From an uncultured Mycoplasmatota bacterium (GTDB lineage Bacteria > Bacillota_I > Bacilli_A > RF39 > UBA660), in contig CAMZCT010000003.1 of the NCBI GenBank assembly GCA_947305065.1, positions 23,623 through 87,622 on the forward strand: a stretch of DNA of 64,000 nucleotides, in the 5' to 3' direction. Positions 35,606 to 45,981 of this stretch are shown one piece after another. Made by a program: the position numbers and the translations under genes. Every line of letters begins with the position of its first letter. Position 1 is the first letter of the stretch. The notes beneath the pieces were generated by a model that was not told the DNA's origin, searched no databases, and was given only the letters and a program-made list of their open reading frames with translations.

Positions 35606-35632
35606 AAAAAGAACAAAATTGTTCTTTTTTTT
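35604..35632. terminator. Bidirectional terminator between convergent genes
   Basis: A-run, GAAC-loop-GTTC hairpin (agaacaaaattgttct), then a T-run. Confidence 0.6.
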
Positions 35633-36608
35633 ATTCTATATAGTAAGCATAGTATTCATCAAATGTTATATTTTCATTTTTTATTTTTGTTGCTACTTCT
35701 TCACCAACATATCGGAAATGCCAACTTTCGGTACTATAACCAGTTATTGTTTCTTTTCCATCTGGGTATCTTAGGATAAAACCATATTTGTGACAGTTTT
35801 CTTTTAACCATTCGTATTCTTGGGAATTTTTAAATGCAGTACTAGTAGGATTGGTAATAGAAGTAATATCTATTGCCAAACCAGTCTGATGTTCAGAAAA
35901 ACTAGGACGAGCGGCATAGGAATCAGCATATTCTTGTCCCTTGCCTTTAAATTGCTTATATATTTCTTCTTGATCACTATATGGTCTATAGGAAGAATTT
36001 ACCATAAGGGTTACACCAAGCTCTTCTTTTACTTTTTTATGCATTTCAATATATTTTTCTACAACTTCACTTGCAGCTTTATTACCAGAATAAGAGTATT
36101 GTAAAGGAATGCTAACTAAATCATCTCTTTGATAGTCTTCTTCTAACTGGTAGAATTTATTAACGAGTATTAAATTATTTTTTGTTAAGTCTGTTTTGTA
36201 AGTATTATTATACCAACCATCACTAGCGTGGGTATTTACTAAAGCTACGATAGTACGCAAATCGAGACTTTGATGAGTTTTTTGATAATCGATATATTTT
36301 AAATAGTTTTTCTTAAGGAAATACTTTTCGTTAATAATATTGTAATATATATCTTCTTTAGGATTAGTTAATAAAAACTCTCTAATATCATCATCAAGTA
36401 TTTTTACTAAGTCCTTAGCTTCATCTAAGCTATAGCCCATTGTTTGTATTTTATATTCGTCAGTTTTTTGATACTGGTAATCGTTGTAAATTTTAATACT
36501 ATTTATTAAGATGAACAGTATTAGGAATAATCCAAAAAAACAATAGGTAAGGAATTTAACTCCTTCGTAACGAATTTTAATTCTTTTTTTTCTCTTTTTT
36601 ATTGCCAT
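35631..36608 (-). CDS. D-alanyl-D-alanine carboxypeptidase, VanY/M15B family, membrane-anchored
   Basis: Zn-ligand and catalytic motifs SYRPYSDQ, SEHQTGLAIDI and ESWHFRYVG. N-terminal TM. Confidence 0.85.
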   Translation of the reverse strand: MAIKKRKKRIKIRYEGVKFLTYCFFGLFLILFILINSIKIYNDYQYQKTDEYKIQTMGYSLDEAKDLVKILDDDIREFLLTNPKEDIYYNIINEKYFLKKNYLKYIDYQKTHQSLDLRTIVALVNTHASDGWYNNTYKTDLTKNNLILVNKFYQLEEDYQRDDLVSIPLQYSYSGNKAASEVVEKYIEMHKKVKEELGVTLMVNSSYRPYSDQEEIYKQFKGKGQEYADSYAARPSFSEHQTGLAIDITSITNPTSTAFKNSQEYEWLKENCHKYGFILRYPDGKETITGYSTESWHFRYVGEEVATKIKNENITFDEYYAYYIE

Positions 36609-36674
36609 ATAATCACCATATTTTACATGAATTATTATATCATAATATAGGAAAAAAAGATTATTTTTTAGATA

Positions 36675-36701
36675 TTAGCATTTTCTATTGACAAGTGCTA
36701 A
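36675..36701 (+). promoter_or_regulatory. CIRCE operator 1 (HrcA binding site), overlapping the promoter
   Basis: TTAGCATT-N11-AGTGCTAA, versus the consensus TTAGCACTC-N9-GAGTGCTAA. Confidence 0.8.
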
Positions 36702-36715
36702 TAATCTGCTATAAT
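36688..36715 (+). promoter_or_regulatory. Sigma-A promoter of the hrcA-grpE-dnaK operon
   Basis: TTGACA at 36688-36693, a 16-nt spacer, then an extended -10 TGcTATAAT at 36707-36715. Confidence 0.7.
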
Positions 36716-36719
36716 GAAT

Positions 36720-36746
36720 TTAGCACTAAAGTGTTGACAGTGCTAA
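36720..36746 (+). promoter_or_regulatory. CIRCE operator 2
   Basis: TTAGCACT-N11-AGTGCTAA, immediately downstream of the -10 element. Confidence 0.85.
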
Positions 36747-36759
36747 TGGCGGTGGTTTT

Positions 36760-37761
36760 ATGGATGAAAGACAAAAGGATCTACTTAAGGAAATAGTAGA
36801 AACTTATATTAAAACTATTAAACCTGTTGGTAGTAAAGGATTATGTGATAAGTTCAATTTGTCTTCGGCTACTATTAGAAATGAGATGGCTTTCTTAGAA
36901 CAATTAGGTTATCTAGAAAAGAATCACGTTTCTAGTGGTAGAATACCTTCAGAAAAAGGGTATAAATATTATGTAGAAAACTTGATGAAACCAAAAGAGT
37001 TAAATGGGGAAGAAATGTTAAAATTACAAACTATATTCCATAACCAAGAGTTGCAAATTAGTGATACTATTCAGGAATGTATGCAAATTATTAGTGAGAT
37101 AACTAATTATACAAGTGTGGTTTTAGGTAAGAGTTCAAAGGAGAATACTTTAAGACAGGTAAGTATTGTTCCACTTGATCATAATCAAGTAATTGCTTTA
37201 GTTTGTACTGATAAGGGTGTAGTAGAGAATAAAACATTTAAGATTCCTGCCAATATTTATATAGATGAGTTAGTTAAGACATCCGAAATAATTAACAAGA
37301 TGTTAATAGGTACACCAATAGTTGAGGTTTCAGAAAGATTAGAATTAGAAATAAAACCGATTATTAGTAAGAGAATTAAACAGTATGAAGCAGTATATGA
37401 GATATTCTATGATGCTTTCAACGATTTTACTAAAAATACTACTAATGTATTCTTCTCTGGCAAAAGTAATATGTTAAAACAACCAGAATATGACAATGTT
37501 GAAGAAGTAAAGAATATTATTAGTAAGTTTGAAGATGATAAATTAATAAAGAACATTGAAAGTAAAAGTGATGGTATCAATGTTTATATTGGAAATGAAA
37601 CGGAATTTGATTCTAATGTTACAGTTGTTAAAACTCACTATAATTTAAATGGTGAAGAAGGAACAATTGCCATAGTAGGACCAAAGAGAATGGAATATGA
37701 CAAGGTGTTTGGTTTATTAGAATATATAAATAAAGAATTAGAAAAGAGAAAGAATGAGTGA
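36760..37761 (+). CDS. hrcA: Heat-inducible transcription repressor HrcA
   Basis: N-terminal wHTH RQKDLLKEIVETYIKTIKPVGSKGL...SSATIRNEMAFLEQLGYLEKNHVSSGRIPS. Operon position. Confidence 0.95.
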   Translation: MDERQKDLLKEIVETYIKTIKPVGSKGLCDKFNLSSATIRNEMAFLEQLGYLEKNHVSSGRIPSEKGYKYYVENLMKPKELNGEEMLKLQTIFHNQELQISDTIQECMQIISEITNYTSVVLGKSSKENTLRQVSIVPLDHNQVIALVCTDKGVVENKTFKIPANIYIDELVKTSEIINKMLIGTPIVEVSERLELEIKPIISKRIKQYEAVYEIFYDAFNDFTKNTTNVFFSGKSNMLKQPEYDNVEEVKNIISKFEDDKLIKNIESKSDGINVYIGNETEFDSNVTVVKTHYNLNGEEGTIAIVGPKRMEYDKVFGLLEYINKELEKRKNE

Positions 37762-38365
37762 TATGGAGAACAAAGAGAATAATATAAATGCGAAGAAGGA
37801 AGATGTAAAAAAGGAGAATAAACAAGAAAATCATTCTGAACAAGTAAAGAAAGATGAACACAAGAAGGGAATATTCAATAAAAAAGAAGATCCTAATAAA
37901 GTTAAATACGAAAAAGAAATAAATAAATTAAAAGAAGAAAATAATGTTTTAAATGATAAATTATTACGTATTAGTGCTGAGATGCAAAATATGATGCGTA
38001 GAAATGAAGAAAAAATTCAAAATTTATTTAAATATGAAGGTGAAGAGTTAATAAAGAAACTATTACCGACATTAGATAATTTTGAAAGAGCAATTAGTAT
38101 GGATGATACTAATTTACTTGATGAAGTAAGTAAATTCTTGAGTGGATTTAAGATGATATATGGAAACTTAAGTGATGTTTTAAAATCATATGAAGTTGAA
38201 GTTATAGATTGCTTACATCAACCATTTAATCCTAATACTATGGAAGCTGTTTTAGTTGAAGAAGTAGAAGGTATCGAACCTAATATGGTTATTGATGTAC
38301 TACAAAAAGGATATACTTATAAAGGTAAAGTTATTAGACATGCTATGGTTAAAGTTAGTAAATAA
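37754..38365 (+). CDS. grpE: Nucleotide exchange factor GrpE
   Basis: [12 protein letters not shown]...[11 protein letters not shown]...[16 protein letters not shown]. Confidence 0.95.
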   Translation: MSDMENKENNINAKKEDVKKENKQENHSEQVKKDEHKKGIFNKKEDPNKVKYEKEINKLKEENNVLNDKLLRISAEMQNMMRRNEEKIQNLFKYEGEELIKKLLPTLDNFERAISMDDTNLLDEVSKFLSGFKMIYGNLSDVLKSYEVEVIDCLHQPFNPNTMEAVLVEEVEGIEPNMVIDVLQKGYTYKGKVIRHAMVKVSK

Positions 38366-38382
38366 GAAAGAAGGAAATATAT

Positions 38383-40206
38383 ATGGGAAAAATAATAGGA
38401 ATTGATTTAGGTACAACAAATTCATGTGTAGCTGTTTTAGAAGGTGGAGAAGCACACGTTATACCAAATCCAGAAGGAAATAGAACTACACCTTCAGTAG
38501 TAGCTATCAAAAAAGATGGTGAAGAATTAGTTGGTGAAACAGCTAAAAGACAAGCAGTAACAAATGTTGATAATACTGTTTCTTCAATTAAAAGAAAAAT
38601 GGGTACAAAAGAGAAAGTAGAGATAGATGGAAAGAAATATACTCCAGAAGAAATTTCTGCTAAGATTTTAATGAAATTAAAGAGTGATGCTGAAGCATAT
38701 CTTGGTGAAAAAGTAACAGAAGCTGTTATTACAGTACCAGCATACTTTAATGACTCTCAAAGACAAGCAACTAAAAATGCTGGTAAGATTGCTGGTTTAG
38801 ATGTTAAACGTATCATCAATGAACCAACTGCTGCCGCTTTGGCTTATGGTATTGATAAACAAGATAATACTCATACAGTATTAGTATATGACTTAGGTGG
38901 AGGTACATTCGATGTATCTATACTTGAATTAGGTGACGGTATTTTTGAGGTTAAATCAACAAGCGGAAATAACCATTTAGGTGGAGATGATTTCGACCAA
39001 AGAATTATGGATTATCTAGTAGATGAGTTTAAGAAAGATAACGGTGTAGACTTATCTAAAGATAAAATGGCAATGCAACGTATTAAGGATGCTGCTGAAA
39101 AAGCTAAAAAAGATTTATCTGGTATGACTAATGCACAAATTAGTATTCCATTTATAGCACAAAATGATGGTGGTCCATTACACTTAGAAGTATCTTTAAC
39201 AAGAAGTAAATTTGAAGAATTAAATATGGATTTATTTGAAAGTACTCTTGGACCTGTTAAAACAGCTTTAAAAGATGCTAAGTTAAAACCAAGTGATATT
39301 AATAAAGTATTATTAGTTGGTGGATCTACTCGTATACCTTATATTCAAGAATTGGTTAAAAAGGAATTAGGTCAAGAACCATCTAAGGGAGTTAATCCTG
39401 ATGAGTGTGTGGCTATGGGTGCTGCTATTCAAGGTGGTGTATTAACAGGAGAAGTTAATGATTTAGTATTACTTGATGTTACTCCATTATCATTAGGTAT
39501 TGAAACATTAGGTAATGTAATGACAGTATTGATTCCTAAGAATACAACAATTCCAACAAGTAAGAGTCAAGTGTTCAGTACAGCAGCAGATAATCAACCA
39601 GCTGTAGATATTCATATCTTGCAAGGTGAAAGACCAATGGTTCAAGATAATAAAACTCTAGGACATTTCCAATTAACTGGTATTCCTCCTGCACCACGTG
39701 GTATTCCACAAATTGAAGTTAAATTTGATATAGATGCTAATGGTATCGTTAATGTATCTGCTAAAGATTTGGGTACAGGAAAAGAACAAAGTATTACAAT
39801 TACTTCTTCTACTAACTTAACAGATGAAGAAATCGATAAGATGGTTAAGGAAGCTGAAGCAAATAAAGAACAAGATGAAAAACGTAAGGAAGAAGCTGAA
39901 GTAAGAAATGAAGCTGATTCATTAGTATTCCAAACTGAAAAAGCTATTAAAGATTTAGGAGATAAAGTATCTGATTCAGATAAAGAAGAAGCTGAAGATT
40001 TAATTAAGAAAGTTAAAGAAGCTTTAGAAAAAGATAATATTGATGATATAAAAGAAGCAAAAGATAAGTTACAAGAAAAAGCTATGGCATTAGCTACTAA
40101 AGCTTATGAAGAAGCTGCTAAATCTAAACAAGCTGAAGGTGGAGATACAGCTACTGATAGTACAAGTGATGATAATGTACAAGAAGCTAATTATGAAGAA
40201 AAATAA
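38383..40206 (+). CDS. dnaK: Molecular chaperone DnaK (Hsp70)
   Basis: [28 protein letters not shown]. Full-length Hsp70. Confidence 0.98.
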   Translation: MGKIIGIDLGTTNSCVAVLEGGEAHVIPNPEGNRTTPSVVAIKKDGEELVGETAKRQAVTNVDNTVSSIKRKMGTKEKVEIDGKKYTPEEISAKILMKLKSDAEAYLGEKVTEAVITVPAYFNDSQRQATKNAGKIAGLDVKRIINEPTAAALAYGIDKQDNTHTVLVYDLGGGTFDVSILELGDGIFEVKSTSGNNHLGGDDFDQRIMDYLVDEFKKDNGVDLSKDKMAMQRIKDAAEKAKKDLSGMTNAQISIPFIAQNDGGPLHLEVSLTRSKFEELNMDLFESTLGPVKTALKDAKLKPSDINKVLLVGGSTRIPYIQELVKKELGQEPSKGVNPDECVAMGAAIQGGVLTGEVNDLVLLDVTPLSLGIETLGNVMTVLIPKNTTIPTSKSQVFSTAADNQPAVDIHILQGERPMVQDNKTLGHFQLTGIPPAPRGIPQIEVKFDIDANGIVNVSAKDLGTGKEQSITITSSTNLTDEEIDKMVKEAEANKEQDEKRKEEAEVRNEADSLVFQTEKAIKDLGDKVSDSDKEEAEDLIKKVKEALEKDNIDDIKEAKDKLQEKAMALATKAYEEAAKSKQAEGGDTATDSTSDDNVQEANYEEK

Positions 40207-40273
40207 TTAAGATTGTAAGGGAGAAGTTCTAGGAAACTAGAACTTTTACCTAGTTAACGAAAGGAATCAAAAT

Positions 40274-42067
40274 ATGCAAAAATATAAATCTAGAAAAGAT
40301 GTACCAGAAAAATATAAGTGGGATTTAACCAGTATATATAAAAATCTTAATGAGTATGATAAGGACTTTAATTCTTTAAAGAGTAATATTAAAAAACTAT
40401 CTAGTTATAAAGGATGTACTAATGATTGTGACAAGTTATATGAGTTTTTAAAGTTGGATACCGAGACATCTGCTATAAATTACAAAGTATATGTTTATTC
40501 ATTTTTAATAAACGATCAAGAGTTAGGTATATCAGAAAATATGGATAGAATGGCTAAAGCAGAGGATTTATCTAGTGAATATTCTAATGCGGTATCTTTC
40601 TTTGCACCTGAGTTATTAAAACTATCTAAAAAAGAATTTGCAAACTTATTTATGCATGAAAAGTTATTAGAGTATAAAAAGGAATTAGAAAGAATATATG
40701 AAGCTAAAGATTATATATTAGATGAAAATAGTGAAATAATAATAAATAAACTTGAGAATAGTGCTTTAAACTATGATAATATTTCTTCAACTTTATTAAA
40801 TTCGTTACATGATTATGGGGAAATAAATATTGATGGAGAAGCAGAAAAAATTACTTTAACTAATTTAAGAAGATTATTAAAGAATAAGGATAAAAAGATA
40901 AGAAAAGAAGTTAGAGAAAAATATTCGAAGGTTATAGATCAGTATTCAACTATAAATGCTTCATTATTAAATAGTTATGTTAAGACAAATATTACTAATT
41001 CTAAGTTGCATAATTTTGCTAATGCATGGGAAGAAAAACTCTTTTATAATAAAATGCCTAATGAAGCATATGAAACTTTGATTAGTGCAGTGGAGAGTAA
41101 TGTTGATAAGTTGCAAAAGTTCTTTAGAATCTTTAAAGAAACATTAGGTTTAGATACTTTGGAGATGTGTGATTTAAATTTAGAAATGGTTAAATTAGAT
41201 AAAGAATATACTATTGAAGATGCTCAAAAAGTATGCTTGGAAGCTATTAAAGTATTAGGTGAAGATTATTATAATCGCTTTAAGAAAATATTTGATAATC
41301 GTTATATCGATTATGCGCAATATCCTAAAAAATGTAGTGGTGGATATTGTGCTTCTGGTATAGATTTTGATTCGAGAATTTTAATGAGTTATAATTATGA
41401 CCTTAGTTCAGTATCTACGATTATTCATGAAGGTGGACATAATGTTCATCATCAATACATTATAGAAAATAATCCTTTACAGTATAGAGAAACTTCTTCT
41501 TTAATAGGAGAAGTAGCTTCTCTAACTAATGAATGTTTATTATCTTCTTATTTAGCTAATAATGGTAATACTAAAGAAGAAAGAATGAAAGGTATTGAAA
41601 ATATAATAGATGTTATAGTATCTAATTTGTTTGGAGCTGCAAGGGAAGGTAAAATAGAACAAGATTTTTATAATTATGTTTTAGATGGAAATAGTATTAC
41701 GAAAGATTATATGAATTCTTTAACTAGGGATTCCATAGAAAAATATTATGGCGATACTGTAAGTAAAGATGAATATAGTGGATTATCATGGATATCTAAA
41801 AGTCATTATTATATGGGCTATTATTTATATTCATATTCATTTTGTATTTCTATAGCTTCTTATGTAGCTGGTGAAATACTAGCAGGAAATAAGGAAATGT
41901 TAGATAATTATATTAAGTTCTTAAAGACAGGATCAGAAAAAGATACTGTAGATATTTATAAGGTTTTAGGTATCGATATAACTGATAAAAAGGTTTATAT
42001 TAAAGCAATTGAGTATTTTGATAAGATGTTAGATAAATTCGTAGAATTGAGAGACGAGGAGAAGTAA
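40274..42067 (+). CDS. pepF: Oligoendopeptidase F (M3B family)
   Basis: Zn motif IIHEGGHNVHH. ~597 aa. Its stop overlaps the dnaJ start (TAATG). Confidence 0.85.
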   Translation: MQKYKSRKDVPEKYKWDLTSIYKNLNEYDKDFNSLKSNIKKLSSYKGCTNDCDKLYEFLKLDTETSAINYKVYVYSFLINDQELGISENMDRMAKAEDLSSEYSNAVSFFAPELLKLSKKEFANLFMHEKLLEYKKELERIYEAKDYILDENSEIIINKLENSALNYDNISSTLLNSLHDYGEINIDGEAEKITLTNLRRLLKNKDKKIRKEVREKYSKVIDQYSTINASLLNSYVKTNITNSKLHNFANAWEEKLFYNKMPNEAYETLISAVESNVDKLQKFFRIFKETLGLDTLEMCDLNLEMVKLDKEYTIEDAQKVCLEAIKVLGEDYYNRFKKIFDNRYIDYAQYPKKCSGGYCASGIDFDSRILMSYNYDLSSVSTIIHEGGHNVHHQYIIENNPLQYRETSSLIGEVASLTNECLLSSYLANNGNTKEERMKGIENIIDVIVSNLFGAAREGKIEQDFYNYVLDGNSITKDYMNSLTRDSIEKYYGDTVSKDEYSGLSWISKSHYYMGYYLYSYSFCISIASYVAGEILAGNKEMLDNYIKFLKTGSEKDTVDIYKVLGIDITDKKVYIKAIEYFDKMLDKFVELRDEEK

Positions 42068-43191
42068 TGGCTGATAAGAGAGATTATTATGAAGTGCTTG
42101 GTCTGTCTAAAGGGGCAAGTACTGATGAAATTAAAAGTGCTTTTCGTAAATTAGCTAAGAAATATCACCCAGATAATAAAGAAACGGGAGATGAAGCAAA
42201 GTTTAAAGAAATCGGAGAAGCTTATGCGGTTTTAAGTGATGAACAAAAGAGAAAACAATATGATCAATTTGGTCATGCGGCTTTTGATGGAACTGGTGGA
42301 CCGGGTTTTGGTGGTTTTGGAGGCTTTGGAGGATTCTCTGCCGATGATATTGATTTGGGTTCTATATTTGATGATATTTTTGGTGCTGGTATGTTTGGTG
42401 GTTCTTCTAGAAGAAGTTCTAGAACTCGACCTACGAAGGGTAGAGATTCTTTGGTTAAAGTTAATTTGACGTTTGAAGAAGCGGTATTTGGTTGTAAGAA
42501 GACTATTTCTTTAGATTTAGATTCTGAATGTGATTCTTGTAATGGAAAAGGTGGAGACGGGGAAGTAAGCTGTTCAACCTGTGGAGGAAGTGGTCGAGTA
42601 GTACAACAACAAAGAACTATGTTTGGAGTATTCCAAAGTGAAACTACTTGTCCAGATTGTAATGGAAAAGGTAAAAGATATAAAAATATATGTAAAAAAT
42701 GTAATGGAGAAGGCCACGTAATTAAGAATAAGGAAATAGAGATAGAAGTTCCAGAGGGTGTAAATTCTGGTCATCAGTTACGAATTTCTGGTAAGGGTGC
42801 TGCTGGTTATAATGGTGGACCTAACGGAGATATTTATATTGAGTTTAACGTTAAAGATCATCCTTTATTCGAAAGAAAAGGTAATGATATATATGTAGAT
42901 GTTCCATTAACAGTTACGGAAGCAGTATTAGGATGTAAAAAAGAAGTTCCTACTTTAACAGGTAGTGTAATACTTGATATTGACTCTGGTAGTCAACCAG
43001 GGGAACAACTAAGAATGAAAGGTAAAGGAGTTAAGGACCCTTCATCATCTAGACGTGGAGATATGTATGTAGTATTGGATGTAATTATTCCTAATAAACT
43101 GGATAGAAAACAAAAAGAACTATTTAACGAATTGGCGGAAACTGATTTGGAAATTGGTTCGGAATTTAAAAACTTTAAAAAGTATTTATAG
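42067..43191 (+). CDS. dnaJ: Molecular chaperone DnaJ
   Basis: J domain with HPD (KKYHPDNK), a G/F-rich region and four CxxCxGxG zinc-finger repeats. Confidence 0.97.
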   Translation: MADKRDYYEVLGLSKGASTDEIKSAFRKLAKKYHPDNKETGDEAKFKEIGEAYAVLSDEQKRKQYDQFGHAAFDGTGGPGFGGFGGFGGFSADDIDLGSIFDDIFGAGMFGGSSRRSSRTRPTKGRDSLVKVNLTFEEAVFGCKKTISLDLDSECDSCNGKGGDGEVSCSTCGGSGRVVQQQRTMFGVFQSETTCPDCNGKGKRYKNICKKCNGEGHVIKNKEIEIEVPEGVNSGHQLRISGKGAAGYNGGPNGDIYIEFNVKDHPLFERKGNDIYVDVPLTVTEAVLGCKKEVPTLTGSVILDIDSGSQPGEQLRMKGKGVKDPSSSRRGDMYVVLDVIIPNKLDRKQKELFNELAETDLEIGSEFKNFKKYL

Positions 43192-43217
43192 AATTATAGT
43201 AATATAATTCTTTTTTT
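43190..43217 (+). terminator. Rho-independent terminator after dnaJ
   Basis: Stem AGAATTATA/TATAATTCT with loop GTAA, then T7. Confidence 0.7.
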
Positions 43218-43265
43218 AATTATAAATAAATGATATATTTAAAGTGTATTAGAGGAGGAATGGAA

Positions 43266-44396
43266 ATGGATACTAAAAAGATAAAGAAAAATATGGGATA
43301 TAAGAATAATTATTTATCATTTTATGCAACTAAGGATGACGATGCTATTAGATTAAAGGCTATAGAAGAAGATATAAGACCTCCGTTTTTTAGAGATATA
43401 GATAGAATTGTTTATTCATTATCTTATACGAGATATATGGATAAAACACAAGTGTTTACTTTTAACGATAATGATAATATTAGTAAACGTATGACACATG
43501 TTCAAATGGTTTCTAAAGTAGCAAGAACTATTGGTAGAGCACTAGGTTTAAATGAAGATCTAATTGAAGCAGCTGCTTTAGGTCATGATATTGGCCATGT
43601 CCCATTTGGTCACGTTGGAGAAAGAATATTAAATGAAATAAGTCTTAGAGTAAATGAAGGATTTTTTAATCATAATGTTCAAAGTGTAAGGCAGTTAATG
43701 GTCTTAGAGAATAAGGGAAAAGGATGTAATTTAACTATTCAGGTATTAGATGCGATACTTTGTCATAATGGGGAATTGGAGTTAAAAGAATATCGTCCTC
43801 GTAAAAAGGATATAAGGACTTTTTTAGAAGAATATGAAAATACCTATAAAGATCCGGGGGCAGTAAAGAAATTAGTTCCGATGACATTAGAAGGATGTGT
43901 TGTAAGAGTTAGTGATATTATCGCTTATATTGGCAGAGATATAGAGGATGCAATCAGATTAGGATTAATTAAAGAAGAAGATATTCCTTTAGAAATTAGA
44001 GATGTATTGGGGTGCACTAATAGTCAGATAATAGATACTATTATTAAGGATATTTTAACTAACAGTTTAGATAGAGAGTATTTAAAAATGAGTGATGGTG
44101 TATATAGAGCTATTAAAGCATTAAAGAAATTTAATTATGAAAATATTTATGATAAAGCTAATAGTATAGAAATGTTAGAATTCTATAATAGTGTATTTAA
44201 TACAGTCTTTGATGTTTCCTTGAAGGGTGTAAAAGAAGGTAATAAAGATAGTAATATATATATGGTTTTTTTGAATGAGATGGATGAAGAATACATTAAA
44301 AATACTAGTGATGAAAGAAAAGTTATCGATTATATAGCAGGTATGACAGATGACTATATTGTTAAGGAATATAAGATATGTCTTAATAAAAAGTAA
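43266..44396 (+). CDS. dGTPase-like HD-domain phosphohydrolase
   Basis: HD motif RMTHVQMVSKVAR...LGHDIGHVPFGH. DDY near the C-terminus (GMTDDY), typical of the dGTP triphosphohydrolase-like family. Confidence 0.75.
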   Translation: MDTKKIKKNMGYKNNYLSFYATKDDDAIRLKAIEEDIRPPFFRDIDRIVYSLSYTRYMDKTQVFTFNDNDNISKRMTHVQMVSKVARTIGRALGLNEDLIEAAALGHDIGHVPFGHVGERILNEISLRVNEGFFNHNVQSVRQLMVLENKGKGCNLTIQVLDAILCHNGELELKEYRPRKKDIRTFLEEYENTYKDPGAVKKLVPMTLEGCVVRVSDIIAYIGRDIEDAIRLGLIKEEDIPLEIRDVLGCTNSQIIDTIIKDILTNSLDREYLKMSDGVYRAIKALKKFNYENIYDKANSIEMLEFYNSVFNTVFDVSLKGVKEGNKDSNIYMVFLNEMDEEYIKNTSDERKVIDYIAGMTDDYIVKEYKICLNKK

Positions 44397-44447
44397 TTGA
44401 AGTATTAGCGATTATGAACTATAATTTTATTAGAGAGGTAAAATGAA

Positions 44448-45932
44448 ATGAAAAAGAAGAATGAAACAGTTGCAAGAGAATCTAAGTTTAGAAAATTTGA
44501 ATTAAACTCTAATAATGTTAGAGGTTTATTAACAAGTATGAGATTATTTATTGCTATTTTAACAGTTTTAATAATTGTTTTATTGATTAAAAATATATTT
44601 TTTAAACCTAAAGTAGTTAATTATCCTTTGGTATATAATAAGAACGAAACAGGATTGGTATTATTAGATAAAAAGGATGAAAAAGTTACTCTATCTAAAG
44701 AAGATAGTGTTAGCGATGTTTTATATGCTAATAATACTGATAAATATGTGTTGTTTATGAAGAATTCTTCTTTATATTTATATAAAGCTAATAAAAAGAA
44801 TGAAACGGTTAAAGTATTAAACAATGTTAAAAAATATTATTTTAGTCCTGATGATAAATATATAGTTTCTGTTGATGAAGATGATAATCTATATGTTTAT
44901 AATTTTAAGAAAAATGAGAAGATAGTATCAGATATTCAGGAAGTAAAAATTATTACTGAAGATGAAGTAGTATATTTAAAAGATGGTGTTTTAAATAGAA
45001 GAAGTTTAAAACAGAATAAGGATAGTATTAAAAAAATAGAGAAGAATTTTGGTAAGGACTTAAGATTATTAAATAATAAGTACTTAGTTTATTTAGATGT
45101 TAATAAATCATTAAAACTATATAATATAATTGAAGATAGTAATGTAAAAATAGATGAAGATGTTAGTACATATTATTCTGATGAGAATTTAGAAGAGTTT
45201 TATTATTTAACTCTTAATGGTACTTTATATTACTATGATGGTAGTAAGAGTAATAAGGTTGCTAATGATATTTATGATATAGCAAGTGTTGATGTAGAGA
45301 ATAAAGAGATAGTATATAGTAAATTTGATAAGACTTATACTTTATATTTCCAAAAAGGTACTAAAGAAGCAAGTGTTATTGAAAAAGATTTAAAGAATAG
45401 TATTAATTATGTATATATATTTAATAAGAGTGCTGTTTACTATATTAATAAAGATAATGAATTGATGTTTGCTAGAATTAATGGTACTAAAGTTGGTAAG
45501 AGTAGAACTGTAATAAGTGATGTCGATGCTTTATCATTCCAAAAAGCTAAAAAAGGTTATGTGTTCTTAGCTGATGCTACAAAGAAAGGATTAGGTACTT
45601 TATATATTACTAATTCATATAAAGCTAAGAAAATTGATAGTGATATTATAAGAACTAATATTAAAATAGGTAATGATGGTAAGAATATTTATTATTATAA
45701 AAATTATACTGCTAATAGTGGTTCTCTATATTATTCAAAGGGTGGAAGGCCTAAGTTAGTAGATGAAGATGTAGCTAAATATCAATATGTAAAGGACAAG
45801 AAAATATACTATATTAAGAATTATAATAAAACAAATAGATATGGTGATTTATATAGATATACTGGCAAGATTAAAAAAATAGATGATAAAGTTTCTAGTA
45901 TGGCTAATATAAATAATGAATATAAGAAGTAA
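44448..45932 (+). CDS. Membrane-anchored hypothetical protein with Tyr-rich beta-propeller-like repeats
   Basis: N-terminal TM (LFIAILTVLIIVLLI). Recurrent ...D(D/N)xLY(V/Y)Y... / (I/L)YY(I/Y)(K/N) strand motifs. Confidence 0.55.
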   Translation: MKKKNETVARESKFRKFELNSNNVRGLLTSMRLFIAILTVLIIVLLIKNIFFKPKVVNYPLVYNKNETGLVLLDKKDEKVTLSKEDSVSDVLYANNTDKYVLFMKNSSLYLYKANKKNETVKVLNNVKKYYFSPDDKYIVSVDEDDNLYVYNFKKNEKIVSDIQEVKIITEDEVVYLKDGVLNRRSLKQNKDSIKKIEKNFGKDLRLLNNKYLVYLDVNKSLKLYNIIEDSNVKIDEDVSTYYSDENLEEFYYLTLNGTLYYYDGSKSNKVANDIYDIASVDVENKEIVYSKFDKTYTLYFQKGTKEASVIEKDLKNSINYVYIFNKSAVYYINKDNELMFARINGTKVGKSRTVISDVDALSFQKAKKGYVFLADATKKGLGTLYITNSYKAKKIDSDIIRTNIKIGNDGKNIYYYKNYTANSGSLYYSKGGRPKLVDEDVAKYQYVKDKKIYYIKNYNKTNRYGDLYRYTGKIKKIDDKVSSMANINNEYKK

Positions 45933-45981
45933 CTATAGTAATATTGTTACTTTTTTTATATAATAAATAGCGAGGTGTTTT

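Noticed and set aside
35611-35624. GAAC-AAAATT-GTTC palindrome, considered as a LexA/Cheo box
   Set aside because: The spacer is 6 nt, not 4. It sits between two convergent stop codons, flanked by A- and T-runs, so it is a bidirectional terminator stem.
30279-44824. Other small overlapping ORFs: 30279..30518(-), 32054..32560(-), 34296..34601(-), 34498..34713(-), 35387..35590(-), 35820..36104(+), 37628..37861(-), 42236..42469(+), 42574..42774(-), 44621..44824(-). Also 14528..14722(-) and 58998..59363(-)
   Set aside because: Each is nested in or antisense to a longer, motif-supported CDS (pgsA, recA and the downstream gene, VanY-like, hrcA/grpE, dnaJ, ackA/nrnA and others) and has no independent evidence.
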